DNA of 64,000 nt, taken from NCBI GenBank assembly GCA_964625715.1, contig CAZVEF010000001.1:52030-116029 (forward strand), given 5' to 3'. Position 1 is the first letter of the stretch. Each line of letters starts with the position of its first letter. The position numbers were made by a program, and so were the translations under genes. The notes beneath the pieces are model-generated. The model did no database searches. It was not told where the DNA came from and was given only the letters and a program-made list of their open reading frames with translations. This document shows, in pieces, positions 9,121 through 17,105 of the stretch. This stretch comes from an uncultured Spirochaetaceae bacterium. Lineage in GTDB: Bacteria; Spirochaetota; Spirochaetia; DSM-27196; SLST01.

Positions 9121-12100
9121 TCAGAGGCGCAGACGTCCCTCGATCCCCACGCGAAGCCCCACGAGCGTGCCCGGCTCCCCGGCGAAGGTCTGCGTCCCGG
9201 CGCCGAATCCGCCGTGCAGTCGAATCGTTCCCGCCTCGTCGAAGCGCAGGCTCGTTGCGTGCTCCAGACGCGCGAGCAGGCGGTCGCCCGGCGTCTGATC
9301 GTACTCGACGGTCAGGCTCGACTCGTGCTCGATCGTACCCTCGGCCTCCGCGAGCACGCGCGGCAGCAGCGGGCCGGCGAAGCGCTCGGTCGGACGCGAG
9401 CGCAGGTGCGCGAGCCGAACGGTGAGCTGTCTCGTCCCGTCGTCCGGAACGACCGTCGTCACGAAGGTCTCGAGCTCGACCGAACGGTCGTCGGTCCAGA
9501 TGAGCCGGGTCGACTGGCTGAAGCCGATAGCGGTCTCCCACGGTGCCCCGTCGCCGCCGGTGACCTCGAGGCGGGCCCGCGACTGGAACTCGTCGCTGTC
9601 GTAGAAGCCGAACAGCGGCCGCACGCCGAGGCGACCGAAGAGGTTGGGCGCGACGAGCAGCGCTTGGCCCGACAGCTCGTAGGAGCTCGTCGCCGCGTCG
9701 AGGTCGCGCCGCGCCGGCCGCGCGGCGGAGAGCTCCACGCCGGTCGGGACGAGGAGCGACCACGGCGAGCTCGTGATCCCGCGTCGTGCTTCGAGCGAGA
9801 GCTGCGGGCGGTAGCGCGACGCGAGCAAGCCGAGGCTGAGATCCGCCGAGCGCTCCGGGTAGTCGCCGGCGAAGAGCTCGGCGAGGGGGACGAAGGCGAC
9901 GACGAGTGGATAGTCGGCGAGGAGCTCGGCCGCCGCGGCGACGTCGTCGGCCGGGCGGGGTCGGGGTGCGCCTTCGGTCTCGATCGAGAGCTCGCGGCGG
10001 GCCTTGACCGAAACGTCGAACCGGTCGCCGGCGCGCCACGGCACCCCCAGCTCGAGGAAGGTCTCGACGCCGCGCCGGGCCGCCGCGGCGTCGGCGTCGA
10101 AAGACGAGCCGGCCGCGGCGTCGAGCCCGACGCCCGCGAAGGCGAGCGAGCCCTCGAGGCTCGCCGACGCGTCGCGCTGCTGTGGCGAGGCGGTCGGGGC
10201 GAGCCTCGAGAAGCTTCGGGTCCACGCGACCGGGTAGGGGGGGGCACCGTCGGCCGTCGCGGAGGTCTCGCTGAGCTCGGCGTGAGCGCCGACGGTGACG
10301 CCGGGCGAGCGGCGCTCTGCCGGATCCTCGTCCCGGTCTCCGGCAACCTGCGTGGAATCGCGGGTCCGGGCAGCGGTTCCTCCGGCGCTCGCCGAGGCGG
10401 ACCACGCGACCCGGCTCGAGTCGCGCTGAACGCTCACCCAGTCGGTCTCGACGACGCCGATCGCCGGAATCGTGAGCTCGAAGCTCGTCTCGTGCGAGGT
10501 GCCGGGCCCGAAGACGCCGTATCCGGCTTGAAACGAGTCGACCAGTCGCAGCGGGACTACCCGCGGCGCCATCGTGACCTCGTGGCGGCCCTGGAGTCCG
10601 GTGCCCGCCGAGACCGTCCGAGCGTCGAGTCCGGCGGCCGCCTGCGCGCCGAGCACGGTGGCCGAGACGTCGGTCGAGCTCTCGAGGCCGCTTCGCCTCG
10701 CGTCCGGGTCGTCCGGCAAGCTCGCCGTCTCGGCGTGAAGCCGCTGCTCGACGGCAACATCCGAAAGCACGTTCGTCCCGTCGACGGTGATCTCGACATC
10801 CGGCCTCCACGCGAGCTCGGCCTGCGCGACCGCGCCGACGCTCGTCCTCGGTCCCCAGAACGAGAGCTCGTCGAAGAGCACGACCGCCTCCTCGACGCCG
10901 TTCGTCGCGATCTCCACGTCGATGCGGCGCACGACCGCGTCGACGTCGGTCGGCAGCGGAAGCGAGAGCTCGTGCCACGCGCCGTCGGCTACGATCGCCG
11001 GTTCGGCGAGCTCGGCCTCGAAGGCGCCGTCGCCGTCGCTCGCGCGCACCATGATCTCCGCGCCGGCGGCCTGCGCCGACGGCGCGCGGTAGTAGATCCG
11101 CAGCTCCTCGTAGTCGGCAGCCCGGACCGCGGTTGCTCGGCTGAGCGTGATGGTGTCCCCCGTGCCGGCGTCGTCCCAGCCGACCCGGAGCACGCGCTGC
11201 TCCGGGTCCTCGTCGGTCAGCCGGGAGGCGACCTGCGGGAATGCCTTTCCGAGCCGGTCGGCGTTCGCTTCGGTCTCCGGGAAGACGCTCGTCGTGACCT
11301 CCGGAGGGCTCCCGGAGGCTTCGACCGAGAACTCCGACCCGAAGACGTCGATCGCACCCACGACGATCTTCCCGGCTACCGCGTCCCCGGCCGTAGCCGG
11401 CTCGATCACGACGCGCATGGCGCGGGTGTCGGCGAGGCGGCGTGCCTCGGCGGCGGTGAGGTCGATCTCGAGCTCCTGCCAGCCGGCTCCGTCGTCGGTG
11501 AGGTCGTCTTCGTCGACCGGGTGCGCCAAGACGAGGTCGGGGAGCTCGGGGTCGAGTACGCCGTTGCCGTTCGCGTCCTCGCTGTAGGTGAGACCCGCCG
11601 GTGGCGGCGCGCCGGTGGCGAGCGTGAAGCCGTTCGACGAATCGTGGAAGGCAAGCGCGTCTGCTCCGGTGTCGCGCGTGCCGTCGCCGTCGAGGTCCTC
11701 GCCGATCGCGCCGAGCTCGAACGTCAGCCGGGCGGCCTCCGGGGAGGCCTCGACGACGCGGTACGGCACGACGATCCGGCGCGCATCCGAGAGGTCGGTG
11801 CCGCGGCCACCGTCGATGCGGACGAGACCAGCGACCCAGCTCCGGTCGGAAGGGATCTCGTAGTCGAACACCGCGACCGTCCCGGCGTAGTCGTCGTCGG
11901 GCGGCGTGCTCGCCGGGTACGGGCCGCCGCGTCCGCCGGCGGCGTACTCGGAGGGGGACACCGCCTGAGGGTCGGCGGTGTAGGGGAGGTAGCTGCGGTC
12001 GCCGAGCGCGTTTACGCTCAGGTGGTCGGCAAAGTGCAGGAACCCGCGTCCGCCGGCGGAGAGGTCGGGGCCGGGGCCGGCGTCGAGGCTGCGCGGGGCG

Positions 12101-13941
12101 AGGAAGAGCGCGGTCGGCGAGACCGGAAAGGAACGCGCACCGTCGTTCATCCCGGCCACGCGAAGCACGCCGGAGGTGTCAGGGCTCGAAAGCGAGACCG
12201 CGCCGGCGAGGTGCGCGTCGAGCTCGCTCGGCGGAGGGGTGCGCCACGAGGAGCTTCGGGTCTCCACCGAACCCGATAGCGTGAGGCGTCCGGGGTATTC
12301 GTCGGCGCGCGTCGAGTAACGTGCCCGCGAGGGTTTCAGACGAGCGCCGAGCGCGAGCTGCGCGTTCGTCCCCGGTGCGAGCTCGAAGCGGTTGCCGCTC
12401 GCGAACAGCAGATCTTCCGCGCCGGAGGCGGCGGAGGTACGGAAGGAGACGCGCACGACGTCGGTGCGGCGCAGCGGAGTATCGAAGACGATGCGTCCCG
12501 AATCCTCGACGACGAACCGCGTCTCCACCGTGCCGTTCCGTTCGATCCGGACGCTGCCGGGGATGAACTCCTCGGGCAGCTCGATCGTCTCGGCCGGCGT
12601 GACGCTGCGGAACACGAGGTCGGGCGTCTGCGGCGGCTCGGCGGGCGCCGGCCCGTAGATCCCGGGAACCGGGCGCTCGGCGAGCTCCGAGGCGAGCGGG
12701 TAGCGGTTCTCGAAGGCGCGCGGATCGCCGGCGAGCGAGCCGACCGTCACGGTCTCGCGGGCGTCGGAGACGACGAGGTCGAGCGAGCTCGGGTAGCGCG
12801 AGCCGGGGGCCGCCTCGAGCTCCACGGTGCCGCCGGCGGACTCCGGACGCTCGTACGTCGCGGCGGTCGCGAACGGCGAGAACCGGCCGGGCTGGTGGAT
12901 CAGGAACGCCTCGCGGTCCGTGCCGTCGCCGGTGAGCGTGACGGTGAGCTCGTCGGGATCGAGCGGCTCGAACAGCTCGGCGTAGTTGCGCAGCTCGGTG
13001 GACTCGAAGCTGAAGTCGAGCACGGTGTCGGGATCGGGCCGGCCGTCGGCGTCGAGGCCGAAGCAGGAAGCTCTGCCGAGCGCAGCGTCTCCGATCGGCA
13101 CGCCTCCGGCCTCGTAGTAGACGAGCAGGCGCGTAGTCGGCGCCTCCCGGAGGCTGAACACGCCGTCGGCAAGTGAAAAGACGACCTCGGTGTCCAGGTC
13201 GAGGAGACGGTAGCGCCGACCGTCGCCGTCGGTAAAGTCGCCGCTCGGGCTCTCCAGGTAGAGCTCGAGGGAATCGAGGCTACCGTCGGGCAGGACGAAG
13301 TGCCGGTTGCGTTCGTACTCACTCGCCGACACGCGCGTCTCGCTGACGATCCCGCCATCCGCGTAGACGATCTCCTCGCGCTCACTCGGCGCGTACCGCA
13401 CCATGAGCTCGTGCGTGCTGCGCCCGGTGCGAAACGCGGCGCTCGCGCCCGGCGCGTCCTGGCCTACCGAACCGGTCTCGTCGCCGAAGTCGAGGAAGGG
13501 GTAGGTGCCGATCCCGATCGCCGTGTTCCCCGCGAGTACCGACTGCACCGTCTCGTCCTCGCGGCCCGCGTATCCGAAGAGGATCGTCGACTCCTCTATC
13601 TGCTCGCTCACGGTGGTTTCGAAGAAGTAGCGCTGCAGGAGCCACAGCGAGAGCGTGAGGTTGACCTGTTGCTCGAAGGGAACCGACTCGAGCCCCGGAA
13701 AGTCGTAGCCGGGAAGCGAGCGCAGCGATCCGTCGTCGGTGCGGCTCATGAGCCAGCCGACCGCCGGCGCGAAGCCGGTGGTCCAGGTACCGGTTGCGAA
13801 CAGAGACACATCGGCATCCCCTATCTCGAAGTCGTAGAGCGCAGACGGAGCCTCGGTCTCGAAGGGATTCGGCGGTGCATCGGCGGCGAGCGGGACGAGG
13901 CCGAGGGCTGCGAGGGCGAGGAGGGCTATGCGGGAACGCAC
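9121..13941 (-). CDS. Giant (1606 aa) secreted / outer-membrane protein of unknown function
   Basis: Uninterrupted ORF with GC3-rich codon usage and a GTG start. The signal peptide is MRSRIALLALAALGLVPLAADA. There are no internal TM helices, and the protein is rich in beta-type G/S/T/D/alternating segments. It ends ...GLRVGIEGRLRL. Confidence 0.9.
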   Translation of the reverse strand: MRSRIALLALAALGLVPLAADAPPNPFETEAPSALYDFEIGDADVSLFATGTWTTGFAPAVGWLMSRTDDGSLRSLPGYDFPGLESVPFEQQVNLTLSLWLLQRYFFETTVSEQIEESTILFGYAGREDETVQSVLAGNTAIGIGTYPFLDFGDETGSVGQDAPGASAAFRTGRSTHELMVRYAPSEREEIVYADGGIVSETRVSASEYERNRHFVLPDGSLDSLELYLESPSGDFTDGDGRRYRLLDLDTEVVFSLADGVFSLREAPTTRLLVYYEAGGVPIGDAALGRASCFGLDADGRPDPDTVLDFSFESTELRNYAELFEPLDPDELTVTLTGDGTDREAFLIHQPGRFSPFATAATYERPESAGGTVELEAAPGSRYPSSLDLVVSDARETVTVGSLAGDPRAFENRYPLASELAERPVPGIYGPAPAEPPQTPDLVFRSVTPAETIELPEEFIPGSVRIERNGTVETRFVVEDSGRIVFDTPLRRTDVVRVSFRTSAASGAEDLLFASGNRFELAPGTNAQLALGARLKPSRARYSTRADEYPGRLTLSGSVETRSSSWRTPPPSELDAHLAGAVSLSSPDTSGVLRVAGMNDGARSFPVSPTALFLAPRSLDAGPGPDLSAGGRGFLHFADHLSVNALGDRSYLPYTADPQAVSPSEYAAGGRGGPYPASTPPDDDYAGTVAVFDYEIPSDRSWVAGLVRIDGGRGTDLSDARRIVVPYRVVEASPEAARLTFELGAIGEDLDGDGTRDTGADALAFHDSSNGFTLATGAPPPAGLTYSEDANGNGVLDPELPDLVLAHPVDEDDLTDDGAGWQELEIDLTAAEARRLADTRAMRVVIEPATAGDAVAGKIVVGAIDVFGSEFSVEASGSPPEVTTSVFPETEANADRLGKAFPQVASRLTDEDPEQRVLRVGWDDAGTGDTITLSRATAVRAADYEELRIYYRAPSAQAAGAEIMVRASDGDGAFEAELAEPAIVADGAWHELSLPLPTDVDAVVRRIDVEIATNGVEEAVVLFDELSFWGPRTSVGAVAQAELAWRPDVEITVDGTNVLSDVAVEQRLHAETASLPDDPDARRSGLESSTDVSATVLGAQAAAGLDARTVSAGTGLQGRHEVTMAPRVVPLRLVDSFQAGYGVFGPGTSHETSFELTIPAIGVVETDWVSVQRDSSRVAWSASASAGGTAARTRDSTQVAGDRDEDPAERRSPGVTVGAHAELSETSATADGAPPYPVAWTRSFSRLAPTASPQQRDASASLEGSLAFAGVGLDAAAGSSFDADAAAARRGVETFLELGVPWRAGDRFDVSVKARRELSIETEGAPRPRPADDVAAAAELLADYPLVVAFVPLAELFAGDYPERSADLSLGLLASRYRPQLSLEARRGITSSPWSLLVPTGVELSAARPARRDLDAATSSYELSGQALLVAPNLFGRLGVRPLFGFYDSDEFQSRARLEVTGGDGAPWETAIGFSQSTRLIWTDDRSVELETFVTTVVPDDGTRQLTVRLAHLRSRPTERFAGPLLPRVLAEAEGTIEHESSLTVEYDQTPGDRLLARLEHATSLRFDEAGTIRLHGGFGAGTQTFAGEPGTLVGLRVGIEGRLRL

Positions 13942-13948
13942 GTGCGGT

Positions 13949-13977
13949 ATACTATTGGGCTGCGGCGGTCATGTAAA
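13949..13977 (-). promoter_or_regulatory. Candidate promoter of the giant-protein operon (near-leaderless geometry)
   Basis: On the minus strand: TTTACA (13977-13972), 17 nt spacer, TAGTAT (13954-13949), then 7 nt to the GTG start at 13941. No Shine-Dalgarno motif lies in between. Confidence 0.35.
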
Positions 13978-14005
13978 CGCGACCGCGGACCGAGACTAGA
14001 GAAGC

Positions 14006-14932
14006 ATGAACGCTGAACAGCAGAAGGCATCGGCATTCGTCTCCAGGCTCCTCGCCAACCCCGCGCTGAAGGCGTTGACGCCGCTGCAACGCGAGGAACA
14101 GATCATCCAGTTCCTCCATACCAACGCGGCGCAGCTCGCGCCGACGCTGAGCTCGCAGGCGTTCTTCCCCGGGAAGTCCTGGAACCAGATAATAGCACTT
14201 CTGATGCAGGCTCTCATGGAGCACGTCGACGGCGAGCTCATGCCGCAGCTTGACACCATCGTATCGGGTATTCGCTTCGGGTTCATGAGCGTGCTGCGAC
14301 AGCAGGCCGCCGCCGGCGGTGATGCGGGTGTGCAGGTGGGCTCCTTCATCCGCGGGGTGCTCGCGCGTATGGATGCGCGGCGCACCTTCACCGGCGCGCA
14401 TGCAGCGCTCGCCTATGGATTCGTCCATCGATACATGGACCCCATCTGGGCCCGCAAGAGCTACATCCATTTCGAGCTGACGAAGGTACAGCGGCTGAAG
14501 CTCGGCAAGGAGGACGTCGCCTCGATGATCGAGGTGACGCTTCTGTTGAAGCCGGTCGTGAACCTCGTTTCGGCGGTCGGGGGCGGTGTTCAGTCGGAGC
14601 AGACCTCCGGAATCGTCGACCAACGGTTCGCCGAGAAGGTCTTCGCGGCGGCGAAGAAACAGCTGCCTGCGGTGCCGGACCAGGTGGTCAGAAGCGGCGT
14701 CAACGCCAACGTATCGTACGTGGAGAACCGCTTCATCGAGGCGACCGCCCGACTCGCGGCGGTCTTCTCGGCGCGCGCACGGAGCTACCAGCCGAACGTG
14801 GATGTCGACCGCGGCGCCGACAGCCCGGACAAGAGCTGGCTCAGCGTCGCGAGGAGGAACTACAGATTCTACGGCTTCGACCTCAAGCTCCTCGACGAGC
14901 TCTATTCGATAGCCACGGAGAACGGGTGGTAG
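14006..14932 (+). CDS. Hypothetical cytoplasmic protein (308 aa), no recognisable motif
   Basis: ATG start and GC3-rich codons. The stop is separated from the next gene's ATG (14934) by a single nucleotide, so the two are probably co-transcribed and possibly translationally coupled. I cannot name a family. Confidence 0.8.
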   Translation: MNAEQQKASAFVSRLLANPALKALTPLQREEQIIQFLHTNAAQLAPTLSSQAFFPGKSWNQIIALLMQALMEHVDGELMPQLDTIVSGIRFGFMSVLRQQAAAGGDAGVQVGSFIRGVLARMDARRTFTGAHAALAYGFVHRYMDPIWARKSYIHFELTKVQRLKLGKEDVASMIEVTLLLKPVVNLVSAVGGGVQSEQTSGIVDQRFAEKVFAAAKKQLPAVPDQVVRSGVNANVSYVENRFIEATARLAAVFSARARSYQPNVDVDRGADSPDKSWLSVARRNYRFYGFDLKLLDELYSIATENGW

Positions 14933-14933
14933 T

Positions 14934-16055
14934 ATGAGTAAGACACGAGCATTCCTGGAAAACCTCGTCATCGTCGCGATCGTCCTCGTTCTCATCCAGA
15001 CCTTTCTCGAGGACTACGCGGTGCTCGCCGGATGGTCGTGGGACGTGCGACGGGCGCTGCTGTTCACCGGTTTCGCGTTCGACCTCATGTTCACGATCGA
15101 GTTCCTGACGCGGCTCTACGTCGCGTTCGTCAACCGGAGAACGGGGATCTACTTCTGGTACGAGCGGGGCTGGGTCGATCTGCTCGCCTCCATCCCGCTG
15201 CTCCTGTTCGCCTCCGGGCCGCAGGTACTCGCGTATCTCAGCGGATCGGCGACGGTCGTCGGCTTCGCCGGGATCCTGAACGTGCTCAAGGTGGTGAAGG
15301 CGATCCGCATCGCGCGGATCCTCAGGCTTCTGCGTGTGCTCAAGATCTTCGCCCGCATTCGCAATACCGAGTCGCAGATGGCACAGCGTCACGTCGCCAG
15401 GGTCGCCACCACCGCGGTCACCGTGGTTATCGGCGGTGTCCTCGTGCTGAGCGTGCTCTTCAGTGCTTTCGGCGTGCCGAGTCTCGAGACGCGCTATCAG
15501 GAACAAACGCTCGAGCTGCTCGAGCGAGTGGGCTCCTTTGATCTGTCGAACCGTTCGGCGGTGAACGAGGTCGAGGATCTCGCCGAGGTGGAAACGTCGA
15601 TCCTCGTCGTGCAGCGCGACGGTCGAACGGTCTACAGCCGGTACGAGAACGAGCACTACGAGACCCATTTCGGGCCGATCGACTACGGGTACGGCGAGCG
15701 CGGAGATGCCCGCGTGTTCTTCGATCTGAGACCGATGAACCAGGACCAGGCGCGCGCGAATCTCGTGTACTTCGCGGTGGTCGTGCTGCTCGTTCTCGTG
15801 TTCATGCTCTTCTACAGCCCGCACTTCGCGATGACGGTCTCCGATCCTGTCCACGTGATGCGACGCGGGATGAACGAGAAGGGGTACAACCTGGAGGTGA
15901 AGATCCCCCGGCTCTACCGCGACGACGAGGTCTACCGGCTCGGACGCCTGTACAACGAGGTCTTTCTTCCGCTGAAGGACCGCGCGGGCGGCGGGGACGA
16001 TGCGGATCTGCTCGATCTCAAGATGGATGACATCCGGGACATCCTGAACGAGTAG
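14934..16055 (+). CDS. Voltage-sensor-domain (Ion_trans-like S1-S4) protein lacking a pore, fused to TM-periplasmic loop-TM-HAMP
   Basis: S4 has K/R at every third position: LKVVKAIRIARILRLLRVLKIFARIR. S2 and S3 carry acidic counter-charges (FAFDLMFTIEFLTR; GWVDLLASIP). S5 is followed by a hydrophilic loop of about 95 aa, then TM6 (LVYFAVVVLLVLVFMLFY). A HAMP-like segment follows (SDPVHVMRRGMNEKGYNLEVKIPRLYRDDEVYRLGRLYNEVF). No output domain is present. Confidence 0.85.
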   Translation: MSKTRAFLENLVIVAIVLVLIQTFLEDYAVLAGWSWDVRRALLFTGFAFDLMFTIEFLTRLYVAFVNRRTGIYFWYERGWVDLLASIPLLLFASGPQVLAYLSGSATVVGFAGILNVLKVVKAIRIARILRLLRVLKIFARIRNTESQMAQRHVARVATTAVTVVIGGVLVLSVLFSAFGVPSLETRYQEQTLELLERVGSFDLSNRSAVNEVEDLAEVETSILVVQRDGRTVYSRYENEHYETHFGPIDYGYGERGDARVFFDLRPMNQDQARANLVYFAVVVLLVLVFMLFYSPHFAMTVSDPVHVMRRGMNEKGYNLEVKIPRLYRDDEVYRLGRLYNEVFLPLKDRAGGGDDADLLDLKMDDIRDILNE

Positions 16056-16058
16056 TCG

Positions 16059-16346
16059 ATGGTCGTCTCCATGATTCAACTCATCATCGAGCTACCCGAG
16101 ATCGGTTCGATCAAGGACAAGCGCCGGATGGTGAAATCGCTGAAGGAGAAGCTGATTCGCCGCTACCGGATCTCGGTGGCGGAGGTGGACCTGCAGGACA
16201 GCCTGACGTTCACGCAGCTCGGCGGGGCGGTCGTCTCCAACTCCCGACAGCACGGCGAGCAGGTCATGCAGAAGGCGCTGCACTTCGTCGAGGAAGAGTC
16301 GCTCGGGCGGATCCAGGACGTCCAGATCATCAGCGAACGCTTCTGA
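16059..16346 (+). CDS. DUF503 (YlxP-like) family protein
   Basis: MIQLIIELPEIGSIKDKRRMVKSLKEKLIRRYRISVAEVDLQD matches my memory of the DUF503 N-terminal pattern (SLKeKR...vaEv). The true start may be the ATG at 16071. Confidence 0.85.
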   Translation: MVVSMIQLIIELPEIGSIKDKRRMVKSLKEKLIRRYRISVAEVDLQDSLTFTQLGGAVVSNSRQHGEQVMQKALHFVEEESLGRIQDVQIISERF

Positions 16347-16397
16347 ACAGACCGCGCGGGCCCGCGACGCGGTTCGCGTCTATGCCGGCAGGAGCGT

Positions 16398-17105
16398 CTA
16401 CGCCGGCAGGAGATAGAGGTCCGGTAGACGGTGCTCCCCGGACATCTCGAGCGCGTCCGGGATCTGCGCGGTGCTCGTGCGCTCGATCGAGAAGAAGTGG
16501 CGCAGCGGCTCGTACGAATCGGCCTCGACCCGGATCTCGAACTCGAAGGTGCGTTCGATGCCGTGGGATTCGGCCGGCACCGGAGTCGGCCAGAACAGGT
16601 AGGTCCCGGCGGTGTTGGGTACGATCTCGTAGGGATTCTGCCAGCGCGAATCGAGCATCGTGACCCGCTCGTTGTCGAGCAGGAGAAGGACCTCCACGTT
16701 CGTGACGAGCTCGAAGCTCACCCCGTTGAAGAGCCGGCCCTTGATCGTGGGCAGGTAGAAGTGCGGTCCGGAGACCGATGAGACCGACGTGTGTTCGTCA
16801 CTGTAGAAGGAGCGACGCACGCTGCTGACGCGTCGAAGTCCCTCGTGCGCGAGCGTGACGAGATCGACGATGAGCTGCTGGTCCCTGCCGAGCTCGAGCT
16901 CGGTGTGCGCCTGGCCGCGCGCGGAGCTGACGTAGCGCTGCTGGACCCGATTGAGCACGTAGCAGGCGGCGTCCATCCGGCACTCCGGCGATGTGCAGTA
17001 CTTGGGGGCGTCCGCCGCTTCGTCCTCGTCGCAGATTTCGTCGATCACACGGAGTACCGATTCCTCCATTACGTTGTGGATGACGAGCGACTTATGCGTT
17101 GCCAC
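16398..17105 (-). CDS. ComFB-domain protein with a C-terminal extension of about 150 aa of unknown function
   Basis: The N-terminus (NVMEESVLRVIDEICDEDEAADAPKYCTSPECRMDAACYVLNRVQQRYVSS) fits the ComFB pattern: NxMEexV...C.C..C..D..a.aLN.l.p.Y. I do not recognise the remainder. Confidence 0.8.
   Translation of the reverse strand: MATHKSLVIHNVMEESVLRVIDEICDEDEAADAPKYCTSPECRMDAACYVLNRVQQRYVSSARGQAHTELELGRDQQLIVDLVTLAHEGLRRVSSVRRSFYSDEHTSVSSVSGPHFYLPTIKGRLFNGVSFELVTNVEVLLLLDNERVTMLDSRWQNPYEIVPNTAGTYLFWPTPVPAESHGIERTFEFEIRVEADSYEPLRHFFSIERTSTAQIPDALEMSGEHRLPDLYLLPA

Noticed and set aside
8923-12279. Very long ORFs antisense to or overlapping the called genes. Examples: 8923..12279 (+) 1118 aa, 9089..10978 (-), 20779..22863 (-), 25058..27253 (-), 33997..36546 (-), 59253..60971 (+), 69..1295 (+).
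   Set aside because: Their products are R/A/G/P-rich low-complexity strings with no motifs. They lie opposite genes that have unmistakable family signatures (DnaK, Lnt, the coiled-coil protein and others). Long stop-free antisense frames are expected in GC-rich DNA.
15684-15695. A Y-G-Y-G string (IDYGYGERGD) in the voltage-sensor protein that could be read as a K+ channel GYG selectivity filter.
   Set aside because: It sits in a charged, hydrophilic, beta-like loop with no preceding hydrophobic pore helix (no TxTTVGYGD context). It is about 70 aa after S5 and about 22 aa before the next TM. A structure prediction should still confirm this.
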